Positions 21,246 through 31,609 of a stretch of DNA of 64,000 bases are shown piece by piece (position 1 is the first letter of the stretch; every line of letters starts with the position of its first letter). The notes beneath the pieces were generated by a model that saw nothing but the letters and a program-made list of their open reading frames with translations, made no database searches and was not told the DNA's origin. Position numbers and translations under genes: made by a program. Source of the stretch: a virus; IMG/VR virus record IMGVR_UViG_3300032083_003484, positions 1-64,000 of that record; one strand, given 5' to 3'.

Positions 21246-22666
21246 TATTCGTCTACTCTAAACTTAAAGCCAGTTGGGTATTCATTATAAATAGTTCCTT
21301 CTTTAATAATGAACTTGAATTCATACAGGTACCCCGCTTCTAAGCTAGAGAAGTCAAAATCGAAATAAGAGCCTTGCTTATCGTAAGACAAAAGAGTGTG
21401 TTCTACTGAGCCTGTGCCATACTGAACAACATCAGTATTATCAACCTTTCTTACTACTTTATAGTAGATGTTGTCGACAAAATAGTTTTCTATTGCTGTG
21501 CTCGCCACCGTATAAACAGTTGGGGACCAGTTGCGTTTTCTAGTAAAGAGCCTTACCCTTGTGTCTATTCCTGTTCGACTATAAATGTCTTGTAAATTTG
21601 TAATAGAAAGAATTAAAGGTTCTATTTTATTATCTTCTTGCGCATTATAAGTTTTTAGATCTATTGTGCCTGTGTGGAAACAAGTTGAGTAATCTGCGTT
21701 AAACCATCGATCATACACTGTTGATGAAGTTGTGTTCAGATCAAATGAGCAAGAGTAAAGACCGGTATCAGCATAGCCGCCAGTCACTGGGTAGCTAACA
21801 GATACTGCTGAGTTTAGTTCTGTGCCACCTGACTCAGCATCAAAAATCTTTACATAAATCGGGCCGGTTCCTATTGCTGGAATGTTTTTTGCGATACCAC
21901 GAAAGTTATTATAAAGATAAACAGTATGAAGATTTTCTGTTGATAGCATTGAGGATGAAACATAAAAGTCTCCTCTTTGGTCCTTCACAGAAGAGTCCCA
22001 GCGAGCTTCTATTGTTGGGCGTTTAAAGAAAAACTCCGATGATCTTGCAAAGAACTTTTTCGTGTAATAAGAGTCAGAGTCTGTTTCCAAAGAGCCTGAG
22101 AGTCTTACAATAACTCCATAATTTGCTACGGTACTATCAATCCAATCCTCTACAAGGTCTGAAATATCAACTGATAAATCCTCGGTTCCTTCTGTTAGGC
22201 GATAAGTTTTGTTGTAGATAGCTGAATCAAGAAAATCGCCACCTGCTGTTGTCCAGCCGGTAGTGGTGGAAGCAGAGACCCAGTTTGATACGCCTAGATC
22301 TTTGTATTCGTCCATATCCATTCCACGGCCTTCGTCCCACGATCTAGAAACTGCTTGGACTATTAGATCGACGTTTCTTGGTGTCGTGAATGGGGTTTTA
22401 GCATTGAATAAGTTGAGGTAAAATGAAACGGAACCAGAGGCAGGAATCTGACCGCTGGTCCTTGCTGTGTTTATTTCTGCGGTGTCAAACTCAAATAAGG
22501 CACGGCTTTGTTCTACTGACGAGGTTGTTATGTTGCCATAGAGCTTAAAGATCTCAACAGAATCTGCTAAGCCCATGTTAGAACCGGTTGCCCTTGTTGT
22601 GCCACCAAACTTTGAGGCGTTTGTTATTGTATTATCTTTATTTGCAAAAAACTTTTTATAAGCCAT
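21245..22666 (-). CDS. Virion protein with DNRLRE/CBM96-like beta-sandwich domain
   Basis: SRALFEFD...VSRSWDEG...W..AGGD...VDISDLVEDW...NYGVIV...RPTIE pattern. Confidence 0.6.
   Translation of the reverse strand: MAYKKFFANKDNTITNASKFGGTTRATGSNMGLADSVEIFKLYGNITTSSVEQSRALFEFDTAEINTARTSGQIPASGSVSFYLNLFNAKTPFTTPRNVDLIVQAVSRSWDEGRGMDMDEYKDLGVSNWVSASTTTGWTTAGGDFLDSAIYNKTYRLTEGTEDLSVDISDLVEDWIDSTVANYGVIVRLSGSLETDSDSYYTKKFFARSSEFFFKRPTIEARWDSSVKDQRGDFYVSSSMLSTENLHTVYLYNNFRGIAKNIPAIGTGPIYVKIFDAESGGTELNSAVSVSYPVTGGYADTGLYSCSFDLNTTSSTVYDRWFNADYSTCFHTGTIDLKTYNAQEDNKIEPLILSITNLQDIYSRTGIDTRVRLFTRKRNWSPTVYTVASTAIENYFVDNIYYKVVRKVDNTDVVQYGTGSVEHTLLSYDKQGSYFDFDFSSLEAGYLYEFKFIIKEGTIYNEYPTGFKFRVDE
21286..21296 (-). 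promoter_or_regulatory. Candidate late promoter AACTATTTATA embedded in the upstream CDS
   Basis: Full 11-mer, 40 nt upstream of the 3066-aa gene start. Confidence 0.5.
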
Positions 22667-24480
22667 TATCTTACCTCTCCGTTGATATCTTGATTTGGAA
22701 ACTTAACTTCCCAAATAACATTTTTTGGTATAAAGATCTTCCTACCATCAGATGAATAGTTTGCGTTTAGATTGTATACAGTTGAGGAATAATCTGCTCC
22801 TGTTTTTCTCTCCAGGAAGACACGTATAACATCAGCAACGCCTTCTGTTTCGTTAATGATATTTGTAAGTTTTGTTACGTGAATTGAGTCACCTATTTCA
22901 TTTGGATTTTGTCTTAGGTATTTTGCGAGATCTCTTTTGATTCTTGCTAGAACTGAGGCCCTGTCATAGCCATCCTCGGACACAGCAACAAAATCTATTT
23001 TAACATTTACAATTTTTGCAGAAAAGATGTCAACTGAGTCGTTTATTAGTTTGTATCTAGCCAACCACGCTTTAGTGTTATTGAACATTGAGTCGGTAGG
23101 TGTAGATAGCTTTCCGGAATTATCCTCTGACAAAATAAATAAGTTTATATTATTTTTCAAACTTGCAGAATCTTTATAAGCCGCAACTCGTTTGACCCCT
23201 CCGAGACCGGAAGGCATTGCTGATAGCAGGGCTTTATAATCGGCCGTTGTTACCGCTCTGTTCTGTGCGAATAAGGAGTTAGAAGCAAGAACTTTTATGT
23301 CACTAGTTGTCAGCGGAGATAGGTCACCGGTGATAGGCTCCTCGTTGGTGACTTCTAGACTGTTTATTACTTGTGATTTTAAACTATCGCTAGTCGCAGC
23401 GTCAGTAAACTTAAAATAAGGTCTTGCGATTGCGTTTAGAGTGCCGGCGGCAATGTTGACATTCGCATTGGTATTCTCTCTATACGTTACGTTTAGGACC
23501 GTGTTTGCTGGAGATACTCCAAACTTACCACTCTTTAGAAGAACGTTTGGATCGAAAGAGGTGTCTGAGATATATTCTTTGCCGAATAAATCTAATGTTT
23601 TCTTGCTTGGTATGATTGTTTTTTCTTGACTCTCGATCTCTTCTTCTGATCCATATCCAAATCTAAGAAATGTTGCTCCCTGCTCTCTAAGGACTTCGAA
23701 CCTTCTTGGGGTTGCTTTTGGTTGTAGGAGATATTTTACATACGCCTTGTCTGGACCGTTATTAGGCATCTGTCTATAAACCGTGTCCTGGGCTAGGTTT
23801 GGTACTTGGAAGTATTCGTTGTTGTTTGAGTCAGAGACAGAAAGTATCTCAATAATGTTGTTATTGTTTAGTCTAACTTTCTGAAATGGTCTAAACTCTC
23901 CGATCGTTCTTTGTAGGACTGACGTCTTTCCGGAAATAACACGGCCAAAGCCTTTTATTGCGAATCGGGACGGGCGACCTGTTTCATCATCTCTTTCGGC
24001 TACAACGACCTCATTGTTGCGGTCAGAAAAGTCAATGTCTGCTGCTAACGTGAACGCTATCCCTGAAGAGGTTTTGAGTGAAGTGCCTCTTGATAAGGTG
24101 GGAGCATAGTTATAGTTTGGTGCTGCGCCGCCTTCTAGGTCACTGGAAGTTGTTGCCGGCACTAAAATATAAAACGAGCAAATACCAGTTGATGTTTTGT
24201 TTGGCTGATATCGATAACCCATTTGCCTGGCGATCTTTATTATGTTCTCAAACTCGCCGGCGGTGTCTAAAAAGGACTCGTTAACAGAATAGTCTAAGTA
24301 GAAAGAAAGAATGTCACCAACATAAGCAGTGGTGTCAAGAACCATTGAGCCAAATCCGGCTTCTTGGAAGTCTTGGAAAGTATCCGGATAATATCTTTTA
24401 ATGAAAGATACTAAATCCTGTTTGATTGTCTCAAACTCTCTTGATGTGTAACGTATCGCTGGTCTTGTAACCTTTGACAT
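22666..24480 (-). CDS. Baseplate wedge protein (T4 gp6-like)
   Basis: YTSREFETIKQDL, AYVGDILSFYLD...NESFL, LRFGYG, AQNRAVTTADY. Confidence 0.9.
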   Translation of the reverse strand: MSKVTRPAIRYTSREFETIKQDLVSFIKRYYPDTFQDFQEAGFGSMVLDTTAYVGDILSFYLDYSVNESFLDTAGEFENIIKIARQMGYRYQPNKTSTGICSFYILVPATTSSDLEGGAAPNYNYAPTLSRGTSLKTSSGIAFTLAADIDFSDRNNEVVVAERDDETGRPSRFAIKGFGRVISGKTSVLQRTIGEFRPFQKVRLNNNNIIEILSVSDSNNNEYFQVPNLAQDTVYRQMPNNGPDKAYVKYLLQPKATPRRFEVLREQGATFLRFGYGSEEEIESQEKTIIPSKKTLDLFGKEYISDTSFDPNVLLKSGKFGVSPANTVLNVTYRENTNANVNIAAGTLNAIARPYFKFTDAATSDSLKSQVINSLEVTNEEPITGDLSPLTTSDIKVLASNSLFAQNRAVTTADYKALLSAMPSGLGGVKRVAAYKDSASLKNNINLFILSEDNSGKLSTPTDSMFNNTKAWLARYKLINDSVDIFSAKIVNVKIDFVAVSEDGYDRASVLARIKRDLAKYLRQNPNEIGDSIHVTKLTNIINETEGVADVIRVFLERKTGADYSSTVYNLNANYSSDGRKIFIPKNVIWEVKFPNQDINGEVR

Positions 24481-24499
24481 TTGATTTCTCCTCTAGGGC

Positions 24500-25033
24500 C
24501 TATAAGCTTTGCTGGGTATTTGTAGAATAGTTAAAGAACTCGTTAATATTTAGCGGGTTGATAAAATAAGATACACTCACACCCAAGCGGTTATCGTTTT
24601 GTTGTTCACTAAAACTTACTTGTCTGATCGTTATATAGGAAAGGTATTTCTTAGTTTGTGAATAAATGCGGCCTTCCAGCTGGGATTCTATTCCTCGCTG
24701 TCTCAACTCAAACAAATACTTCTTTACGCCAACTCCAAATAAAGGATCCATAATCTTTTCGCCTGGTGATGTTAGCATTAGATTTTTGAAGTTCTGTTTA
24801 ACTAGATTTCTATAACCACGAATCATTTGATAGCCGTCCGAAGATGCGTTCGTTGAGTTTTTGTCTATTGGCAAACTAACAGATAGAAAGGGCGCTGCTG
24901 TTAGTATTTGATCGTCCGATGGAATTACAAGCGAGTTGTCTACTAATCGGTCAGCATCAGTGGCTGTATCGAAAACCTGATCGTTTTCAAAGATATCAAA
25001 ATCAATATTTGTTGTTTGTTTTATATTAGACAT
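24500..25033 (-). CDS. Baseplate wedge/sheath initiator (T4 gp25-like)
   Basis: VKQNFKNLMLTSPGEKIMDPLFGVG...YLFE gp25/GPW motif. Confidence 0.9.
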   Translation of the reverse strand: MSNIKQTTNIDFDIFENDQVFDTATDADRLVDNSLVIPSDDQILTAAPFLSVSLPIDKNSTNASSDGYQMIRGYRNLVKQNFKNLMLTSPGEKIMDPLFGVGVKKYLFELRQRGIESQLEGRIYSQTKKYLSYITIRQVSFSEQQNDNRLGVSVSYFINPLNINEFFNYSTNTQQSL

Positions 25034-28000
25034 TTTTTAAGAAGTCCTTGCTTACTTTTGTGCAGATCTTATTTTGTATTTTTACAGGCTTGAAGACTAT
25101 ATCTCTAACTTCCACTTCCCCAACCAGGCCTAGCGGCCCGGCTTCGTCTTCTTCTGAAGCTATTTCTTTTTGGACTTCCTCTACAGAATAACTAGTTGCT
25201 TCATTTATAATGTTTGGAATTGGCAGCATACAAGATAAGAAAATGTTAATAGAGGCGTTGGCTTTAAAGTCGCTAGCTAGTTGCGAGGTGTTGTTAGATA
25301 GCATTAGGTTTGAGATCAGTTGGTTATCTTGAGTCTCTTGCGGGGTGTTTATTTCTCTTTCGAATGAACAAAGCTCAGTCATTATGAAACCCGCACCGTT
25401 GATCCCAAAGATTGGAGCTTCAGCAGCTGCCAAGATTGTGCTTATTTTCTGATCTCTATATAGGCCTAGTGTTTTTGTCTCTGAGCTGATCATATTGAGT
25501 TGGTCAATTGCTTGCTCGGGGGGCCTCGGGAATTCGCTAGAAAGGAATTTGGTCAGATAGGAACTAAGTACTCTATATTTCATAGAGACATTAAAGTTAT
25601 TGAAAACAAAGTCTTCTAAGCTATCCTCAGACTCAGTAAGGGTTTGGATACTGGCCATAAGATTTTCGGTTTCAAACAGGTCGTCATGACCCAGGAGAAC
25701 CGGATTGCCATTTTTAATGTTTAAGAAAACTAATCGCTGGAGTTCCATCTTTGAACCAACAGCCCTCTCGGCAGCTGTTGTTTCATCGGAAGAAGGGAGG
25801 AGATCGTTCTGGTCAACGTCTTCCAGCGATGTTGCTAGGGTGCTTTCTGATTTGAGTGTAACTTTATAAGATAAGTTAGAGACTAAAAACGATGTCTTCC
25901 CCCTCGGGCCGTCAGCATCAGCGCCTCTGGTTAAAAATGGGCCAAAGTCTTCTTCGGCCAGTACAGCATCTTCAAGTAACGGCGTTTTAAAGTTGTATAT
26001 AATCGAAGCCGGCTCGGTGCCTTCGATGGCTGAATAAAGAAGTTGGTTCTCTGAAGACATGCCTGTAGCAAATGAGCCAGACACAGAAGAGGCGGCTTCA
26101 TCTATCAGTAAGAACATTAGATCTTGAGGTGTAGCACGTCGACCTAGTGAGCGACTTAGAGAGGATAGTTGACCGGTTATTTTTGCTATCTCGTATACAT
26201 AATAAGAGATGGCATTCCAGCCATAGATTTTATTATTGAGATAATTAACCTCAAAATCAGAAAATAGTGTATTGATTTTTACTTTTACCTTTTGTGCTGC
26301 GCTCGAACGATTATAAATAGATGTTGAGAAGTCGTTGATCGACAGGATATATCCTGCTGTATTTAGAACCGCAAATCTTAAATGGGCGTCCTCAAGAAGG
26401 ATACATGTAAAGATTGTTTTTATGTTTTCTTTTATAGATGCAATTTCATCATCTGTTTTTGTCAATAAAAGCTGAGAATATTCTGGAAGTTCCTTGATAA
26501 ATCTTTTATAAGTCATTTCTTGCTTTAAAGTTCCGTTCAGATAATCTTCCATTACGACTTCTAACTGCGAAGATGGTAGAAGGCTTGAGGAGCTTCCTTT
26601 GGGTACCTCTTCATTCCCGCCTAAAAGTTCAGCAATCCCACCTTCGTCCAAGCTAATACCGGAATTTTCCAACTTGATTCTTAGAGAAGCAGCAGCTATA
26701 CTTTTACCCGTCGTTTCCATTTGTCTAGCAAACGTATCGAAGTCGACCTCTTCATTGAAAGAAATCTTATCCAAAGCTTGTTTGACCAACTGACCTTCTT
26801 TTATTCTCTCGATACTTAACGCACCGGAGGCACGATTGGTCTCATCTCCATTTACCAAGCCTCTAAGAGGCGACTCGGGGTCTGTTTCAGAGTTGGCAAT
26901 AGCTATCCCTAGAGGTTCTGAGACTTCTTCCTCATAAAAACTCACCCCTATATCAAAGCTTTTCTTGTCACTATTGTTGATCTCTGGATTTCGATCTATG
27001 ATTTGGTATGCTAGTTCTCTTGGCTCTACCGGCATCTCATCTAAATAAAATAAATTATTCCGGAATGCTAGATCGATTGCGTCACTAATAGGGATTTCCG
27101 GAATAATCTCGGATATCGTTTTTGGTTCGGCTAGAAGCCTCAAGGGAGAGCCTAGTCTAGTGATCTTATCCTCATATCTTCTTGACCTTTCTATAAGGGA
27201 CGTACCATACGCTGCAACGCATGCGTCTAGACTTCCTAGTGTTGCCTTTATATTATCTTCGTGAAGTTCTCCTAGGGTCTCCTGGTCTCTGTTTAGGGCG
27301 AATTTTGGTGTGTTCTTAATTACCGGTAGTTCATTGGTTTGTCCGGCAGCTGCCAACTGTGGGATTAGCAGTGAAGGGTGGGCTTGGTTTGGAAGTTGGT
27401 CTTCTATCTCTCTTGTAAGGCTTTCTGGATCTGTAAGGTATTTAAAGATCTTTGCGGCATCGTCTTTATCTGCTTCTCTCTGTTGCTGCAAGATTCTTTC
27501 TAGCTCCTCTCTTAGTGCTGGGTTTGGCTCTGTGCACAGCTGATCAATCAAATCAGAAATATTAGGATCTGAACATAAGTCTAGGTTGTTAACAAAGCCG
27601 TTTGCGCTCAGGCCCGGTAGTTGGGGTGAGAAGCCATCTAGTGTGTCAAGCAAGTCGCCTATTCCAATGATACTACCCATTGCTGAGCCGGCATCTGAAA
27701 GGATACTTGGGTTTAGCCTTATTTCTGATGCCAAATCGGAATTGATTGCTCTGAAATAGACGTCTGCTCTTTGGAGGGTGTCCTCACTGACATCGCCATC
27801 AAGTAAGCGTGCTAGATCGGGTCCAGGTAAAATGCCTTTTCCGCAAGCATCTTTAAAAAAGTTGAGCAAGTCACGATTGTTTCTTTGGTTGCCTATTCTC
27901 GGTGTTAAGACACTACAGGCAGCGACAGAAGGCAGGTCGACACCATCTAGACCAGCACAAATAGCACCGGCAAGAGTTTGGCCAAAATCACGCAGGGCGT

Positions 28001-30401
28001 TTGCAAACTCGCAGGGCTCAAAATCAAAAATAAAGTCAGGTATCAGCGATAACAAGAACTGAACCAGTGCTTTAATCAACCTTAGCAAAAGAGCATATAG
28101 GATTGATAAAACTGAGCCTAAAATGAAACCAAATATGTCAGGCATTGATATATCTGGTAGTCTAATGTTTAGGGGGAATAACTTAAAGTCTGGTAAGTTT
28201 AGATCTGGTAGGTTGCAAAAGTCTAAATTTTTCACGTCCCAAGCATTTAACCATTCAGACCACTCATCAAAGTATTCTAAGATTGGTGCACCTAGTTCAT
28301 CGACCAAGAACATTATAAACTCTGTATAAACCTCAGCGTTATTTTGACGGTCGCAGTTTGACAAACCAATAATCAAATCGATTAGTTCGTTTTTTGTTTC
28401 GGCTGTAAACTCACCAGACACTCCGCCCGTTGCTATGTTGACTAGTCTTTTCCTTTGTTCTTTTTTAGCAGAACTCGGAGAGCTGACGTCTCGAAGATCA
28501 ACGTCAATGTCTCTAGCGCTATCCGGATCATCTAAATCAACACCATAAAACTGCTTTGCGAGGAAAGACCCTTCTGACTCTGGCATTTCAACGGTTGATA
28601 GATCTCCGATGTCTTCAAATGTTCCTAATATACTATTTAACTCGTTGATATATACGTCATCTTTATTTTCTTCCTCTCGTTCGGCTTCGATATCGGCTGA
28701 TAGGCCGGCTAGACCAGTTGGCCCATTTAACCTTTCTTTTGCTATCTCGATCCTAGCTTCTAACTCATCTCGACGGTTACGGATTTCTGCTATTTCTTCT
28801 GCTGTTCCTTCTTGTATTATTTGTCGCTCTTCTTCCACTAGGCCTGCACGCTCATCAAGCAAGGTGTTCAGTCTTCGTAGTCTTCTTTCCTCTATGGAGA
28901 ATCCACCACCTACCGAGTTGGCCAAGTCGATACTCGCAAAAAATAAAGCAGCTCTTTGCAGGGCAGCGGGTGGAAGTCCTGACATTAAAGTGTTTATTGT
29001 TCTTGGATCTTTGAAAAAATTAGAAATACGTTCAGCCATTATCTTCTTGACAAAACTATCATCTAAGATCTCGTCGATACCATATCTTGAGGCTGTGCTC
29101 GCTAACGCAATTGCCAAAATCTGCTGCCATTCTATAGAGTTTGCAAACTGGCCAAATTTTGAGAGCGCTTGTGAGTCTTGATCACTACTAATAAAACTGC
29201 CGGCATTCTGAAGTTGCTCGAAGAAGTCTGACACCTCGTCTTTTATCGAACTCCCCCCAACAAGAAACTCTTTTCTCAGAGTTTCTTTCATGGCGGCTCT
29301 AACATCGCTGCTTTCTAAGAATCCGCTTTCGTCTATAAGGTCCTCGGCGGTTTTGAAGGGGTTGTCCTTCAGTAGAGATCTGGCTTCTTTCGTGGGCACG
29401 TCTGATAAACTTTGTCTAATCCTTGCTGTAATGTCAGCAGAGGATACGTTTTGGCGAAAGTTAGCTGCAGCCAAACAATCATTTTGTACGATTTCTACAT
29501 TGGGCGCTATAAAGTTTCTTCTTACCAGGTTGTCAAACTTTATGTTCAACCCTCTGAATGTTGTCGCAAACAGGTCTGGATATATTGATTCAAAGTTATA
29601 AAGATAAAAGTTTGCTCGGGCGTCATTGAGGGCTTTGTATTTTCTAGTCTCAAACTCTTCGGCTGATTGACGAAAAACTAGTTGCATTTCGTTACTTACT
29701 TTTTCGTTTACATACTCGATCTTGGATATGGTCTGAAAGTTGTCTGCAAAGTGTATGATTATACTTTCACCATCTTTGTTTGGCTTGTTTGGGATAACAG
29801 TGTCTAGGAAGTTTGTAAGCTTGGTTAGCTGCTTCTTTTTAGTTGAGAACTTTCTAAAGTTGATTCCTTTTACTATGCTACGGCTTGTTGGTCTTTGTAA
29901 CGCTAAGAAGTTGATCTTCATAAACGTCTGTATGAACCTAATTTTCTTTTTAAAGTCTCTATAGTTGCAGATCTTTATTCTTGCAACTGTCGGTAAATCT
30001 CGGCTAGGACTCATAAAGTCTTCACCCATAGGGAGGCTCAATAAGTCTAATGATATAAAGAAAACCTTTTTAAATATAACATCTTCACACTCTTCTTCAC
30101 CTAGGTTTATAAATTCAACCCTTTCTAATGTGATCCTATCCCCCTCTGAAGTTATTGCAGTTCCGTCAACTGTATTGTTTGTAAAGAAGACTGACCCCTT
30201 TCCAAGATTTGCATAATGTAAGGAGAAAAGACTAGAAGCTTCTGTTTTTAGGCTAGCCCTTAAAGTAGGTAGGTCGATTCCGCCTGAGTTCTTCATGCTG
30301 AATCTAGTCTCTACATAGATTGCTGCAACTGAGGATAAGCCTCCAGGGTTGGACGTCTCTATTTCGCTAACTTTATTTAGTATTAGTTCTTCAAAAATCA
30401 T
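25026..30401 (-). CDS. Very large helical hypothetical protein with a central hydrophobic segment
   Basis: 1791 aa; coiled-coil stretch; hydrophobic DIFGFILGSVLSILYALLLRLIKALVQFLLSLI; lies between the spike-like gene and gp25. Confidence 0.5.
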   Translation of the reverse strand: MIFEELILNKVSEIETSNPGGLSSVAAIYVETRFSMKNSGGIDLPTLRASLKTEASSLFSLHYANLGKGSVFFTNNTVDGTAITSEGDRITLERVEFINLGEEECEDVIFKKVFFISLDLLSLPMGEDFMSPSRDLPTVARIKICNYRDFKKKIRFIQTFMKINFLALQRPTSRSIVKGINFRKFSTKKKQLTKLTNFLDTVIPNKPNKDGESIIIHFADNFQTISKIEYVNEKVSNEMQLVFRQSAEEFETRKYKALNDARANFYLYNFESIYPDLFATTFRGLNIKFDNLVRRNFIAPNVEIVQNDCLAAANFRQNVSSADITARIRQSLSDVPTKEARSLLKDNPFKTAEDLIDESGFLESSDVRAAMKETLRKEFLVGGSSIKDEVSDFFEQLQNAGSFISSDQDSQALSKFGQFANSIEWQQILAIALASTASRYGIDEILDDSFVKKIMAERISNFFKDPRTINTLMSGLPPAALQRAALFFASIDLANSVGGGFSIEERRLRRLNTLLDERAGLVEEERQIIQEGTAEEIAEIRNRRDELEARIEIAKERLNGPTGLAGLSADIEAEREEENKDDVYINELNSILGTFEDIGDLSTVEMPESEGSFLAKQFYGVDLDDPDSARDIDVDLRDVSSPSSAKKEQRKRLVNIATGGVSGEFTAETKNELIDLIIGLSNCDRQNNAEVYTEFIMFLVDELGAPILEYFDEWSEWLNAWDVKNLDFCNLPDLNLPDFKLFPLNIRLPDISMPDIFGFILGSVLSILYALLLRLIKALVQFLLSLIPDFIFDFEPCEFANALRDFGQTLAGAICAGLDGVDLPSVAACSVLTPRIGNQRNNRDLLNFFKDACGKGILPGPDLARLLDGDVSEDTLQRADVYFRAINSDLASEIRLNPSILSDAGSAMGSIIGIGDLLDTLDGFSPQLPGLSANGFVNNLDLCSDPNISDLIDQLCTEPNPALREELERILQQQREADKDDAAKIFKYLTDPESLTREIEDQLPNQAHPSLLIPQLAAAGQTNELPVIKNTPKFALNRDQETLGELHEDNIKATLGSLDACVAAYGTSLIERSRRYEDKITRLGSPLRLLAEPKTISEIIPEIPISDAIDLAFRNNLFYLDEMPVEPRELAYQIIDRNPEINNSDKKSFDIGVSFYEEEVSEPLGIAIANSETDPESPLRGLVNGDETNRASGALSIERIKEGQLVKQALDKISFNEEVDFDTFARQMETTGKSIAAASLRIKLENSGISLDEGGIAELLGGNEEVPKGSSSSLLPSSQLEVVMEDYLNGTLKQEMTYKRFIKELPEYSQLLLTKTDDEIASIKENIKTIFTCILLEDAHLRFAVLNTAGYILSINDFSTSIYNRSSAAQKVKVKINTLFSDFEVNYLNNKIYGWNAISYYVYEIAKITGQLSSLSRSLGRRATPQDLMFLLIDEAASSVSGSFATGMSSENQLLYSAIEGTEPASIIYNFKTPLLEDAVLAEEDFGPFLTRGADADGPRGKTSFLVSNLSYKVTLKSESTLATSLEDVDQNDLLPSSDETTAAERAVGSKMELQRLVFLNIKNGNPVLLGHDDLFETENLMASIQTLTESEDSLEDFVFNNFNVSMKYRVLSSYLTKFLSSEFPRPPEQAIDQLNMISSETKTLGLYRDQKISTILAAAEAPIFGINGAGFIMTELCSFEREINTPQETQDNQLISNLMLSNNTSQLASDFKANASINIFLSCMLPIPNIINEATSYSVEEVQKEIASEEDEAGPLGLVGEVEVRDIVFKPVKIQNKICTKVSKDFLKNV

Positions 30402-31303
30402 TAGTTTACTCTATGATAACTAGAAAGTATATCTTTATAGCCAATGCTAGTTAAATAGTTTACTGTGTCTGATGTCAAACTTATCTTTTGTGAGATACCT
30501 TTTAAGATAATCTTTGTGTCCTCTAGGGACTTGAGCACAGTGGGGACGGTTGCGACGGTGCCATTTCCTGGCCATGGCACTCCTAGGGCCGCTAAGATGC
30601 CGGCTTCGTAAATAAGCATCGCCTTGGACATTTCCATTACAAGACCGTTTGTATCGCTGATCTGCTTTATAAGTTTGTTTAGGAACTCAACTAAGTTCTC
30701 TCCTTTTACCATAGGCTGTAGATCCGAGTCATCATTCCCACCTATCAGGTCCACTCCAAGAGACCGGTTGATTAGTTTTCCATTGGAGTTTCTGTTATTG
30801 ACCTTTGTTACAAGTTTTATTCCAGCGTCGTCTGCTATTATTCTTATAGCGTCTGCTTTTAGAGCGACGGCAGAGCGAGCAATGGCGTTTGGAGAGTTCT
30901 TGCTGGTGATTTTAAAGTTTTGATCTACGTCTGTCTTCTCGGCAATGTAAACTCTGGCAGCGTCCGTTATAAAGTTAGGATCGACAAAAACCTTTTCGTC
31001 TTTTGGCGCACCCGGTGCTCTGCGGCCGACAACTAAGTCAATAGAATGGGCGCCCGGTGCTCCAATGCCGCCGTAGCCGGTTAGGCGGTCCTTTGGGCGG
31101 TCCCTTCCTAGAACAATAAAAGAGTTTGCGTTTGAGAGTACTTTTTCACACTTTGCAGAAATAAACTCTGGTAAGGGCTCAAACTTTTCTGCGCATCCAA
31201 TACCTGAGCCTGTACTGTTCTTTTCGAAAGTTTTTTCTTCTATCTGCTTGTTGGCTTCTTTGGATACAACATTGTTTTCATTTAGTTTTTCTATTCTTGG
31301 CAT
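30401..31303 (-). CDS. Baseplate hub/spike-associated protein (gp5 C-terminal-like)
   Basis: IVLGRDRP...IDLVVGR...DAARVYI...KADAIRII...QPMVKGENL; beta-rich then helical; position before gp25. Confidence 0.5.
   Translation of the reverse strand: MPRIEKLNENNVVSKEANKQIEEKTFEKNSTGSGIGCAEKFEPLPEFISAKCEKVLSNANSFIVLGRDRPKDRLTGYGGIGAPGAHSIDLVVGRRAPGAPKDEKVFVDPNFITDAARVYIAEKTDVDQNFKITSKNSPNAIARSAVALKADAIRIIADDAGIKLVTKVNNRNSNGKLINRSLGVDLIGGNDDSDLQPMVKGENLVEFLNKLIKQISDTNGLVMEMSKAMLIYEAGILAALGVPWPGNGTVATVPTVLKSLEDTKIILKGISQKISLTSDTVNYLTSIGYKDILSSYHRVN
30452..30460 (-). promoter_or_regulatory. Candidate late promoter AACTATTTA embedded in CDS
   Basis: About 50 nt upstream of the ATG at 30401. Confidence 0.4.
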
Positions 31304-31593
31304 TATTCTTCTTCTTTATCGTTTATGATGTCGTATAACTGATCTTTGTCTGATGATGAGAACTCAAAAGATGAAGTTTTTTGTTTTTGCATCAAAGCAG
31401 CAACTTTTACTAACTGTTCATTGGATCGTTGCAAGGTCTCAACATATTTAGCAGCAACAGGTCCAACTTCCCTGTGGCGTTCTTCGGCTGCGCCTAGGTA
31501 TTTCATTAGGTCTTGGAGAAGTTCTTTTGTTGTTGCCCTGTCTTCCTCAATGTTGTCGAGGGCGTTTGATAATGTTTCGTCTAGGTTTTTCAT
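31303..31593 (-). CDS. Small coiled-coil hypothetical protein
   Basis: 96-aa ORF, TAATG-coupled to the next gene. Confidence 0.6.
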   Translation of the reverse strand: MKNLDETLSNALDNIEEDRATTKELLQDLMKYLGAAEERHREVGPVAAKYVETLQRSNEQLVKVAALMQKQKTSSFEFSSSDKDQLYDIINDKEEE

Positions 31594-31609
31594 AAATTTG
31601 TGTTATAAA

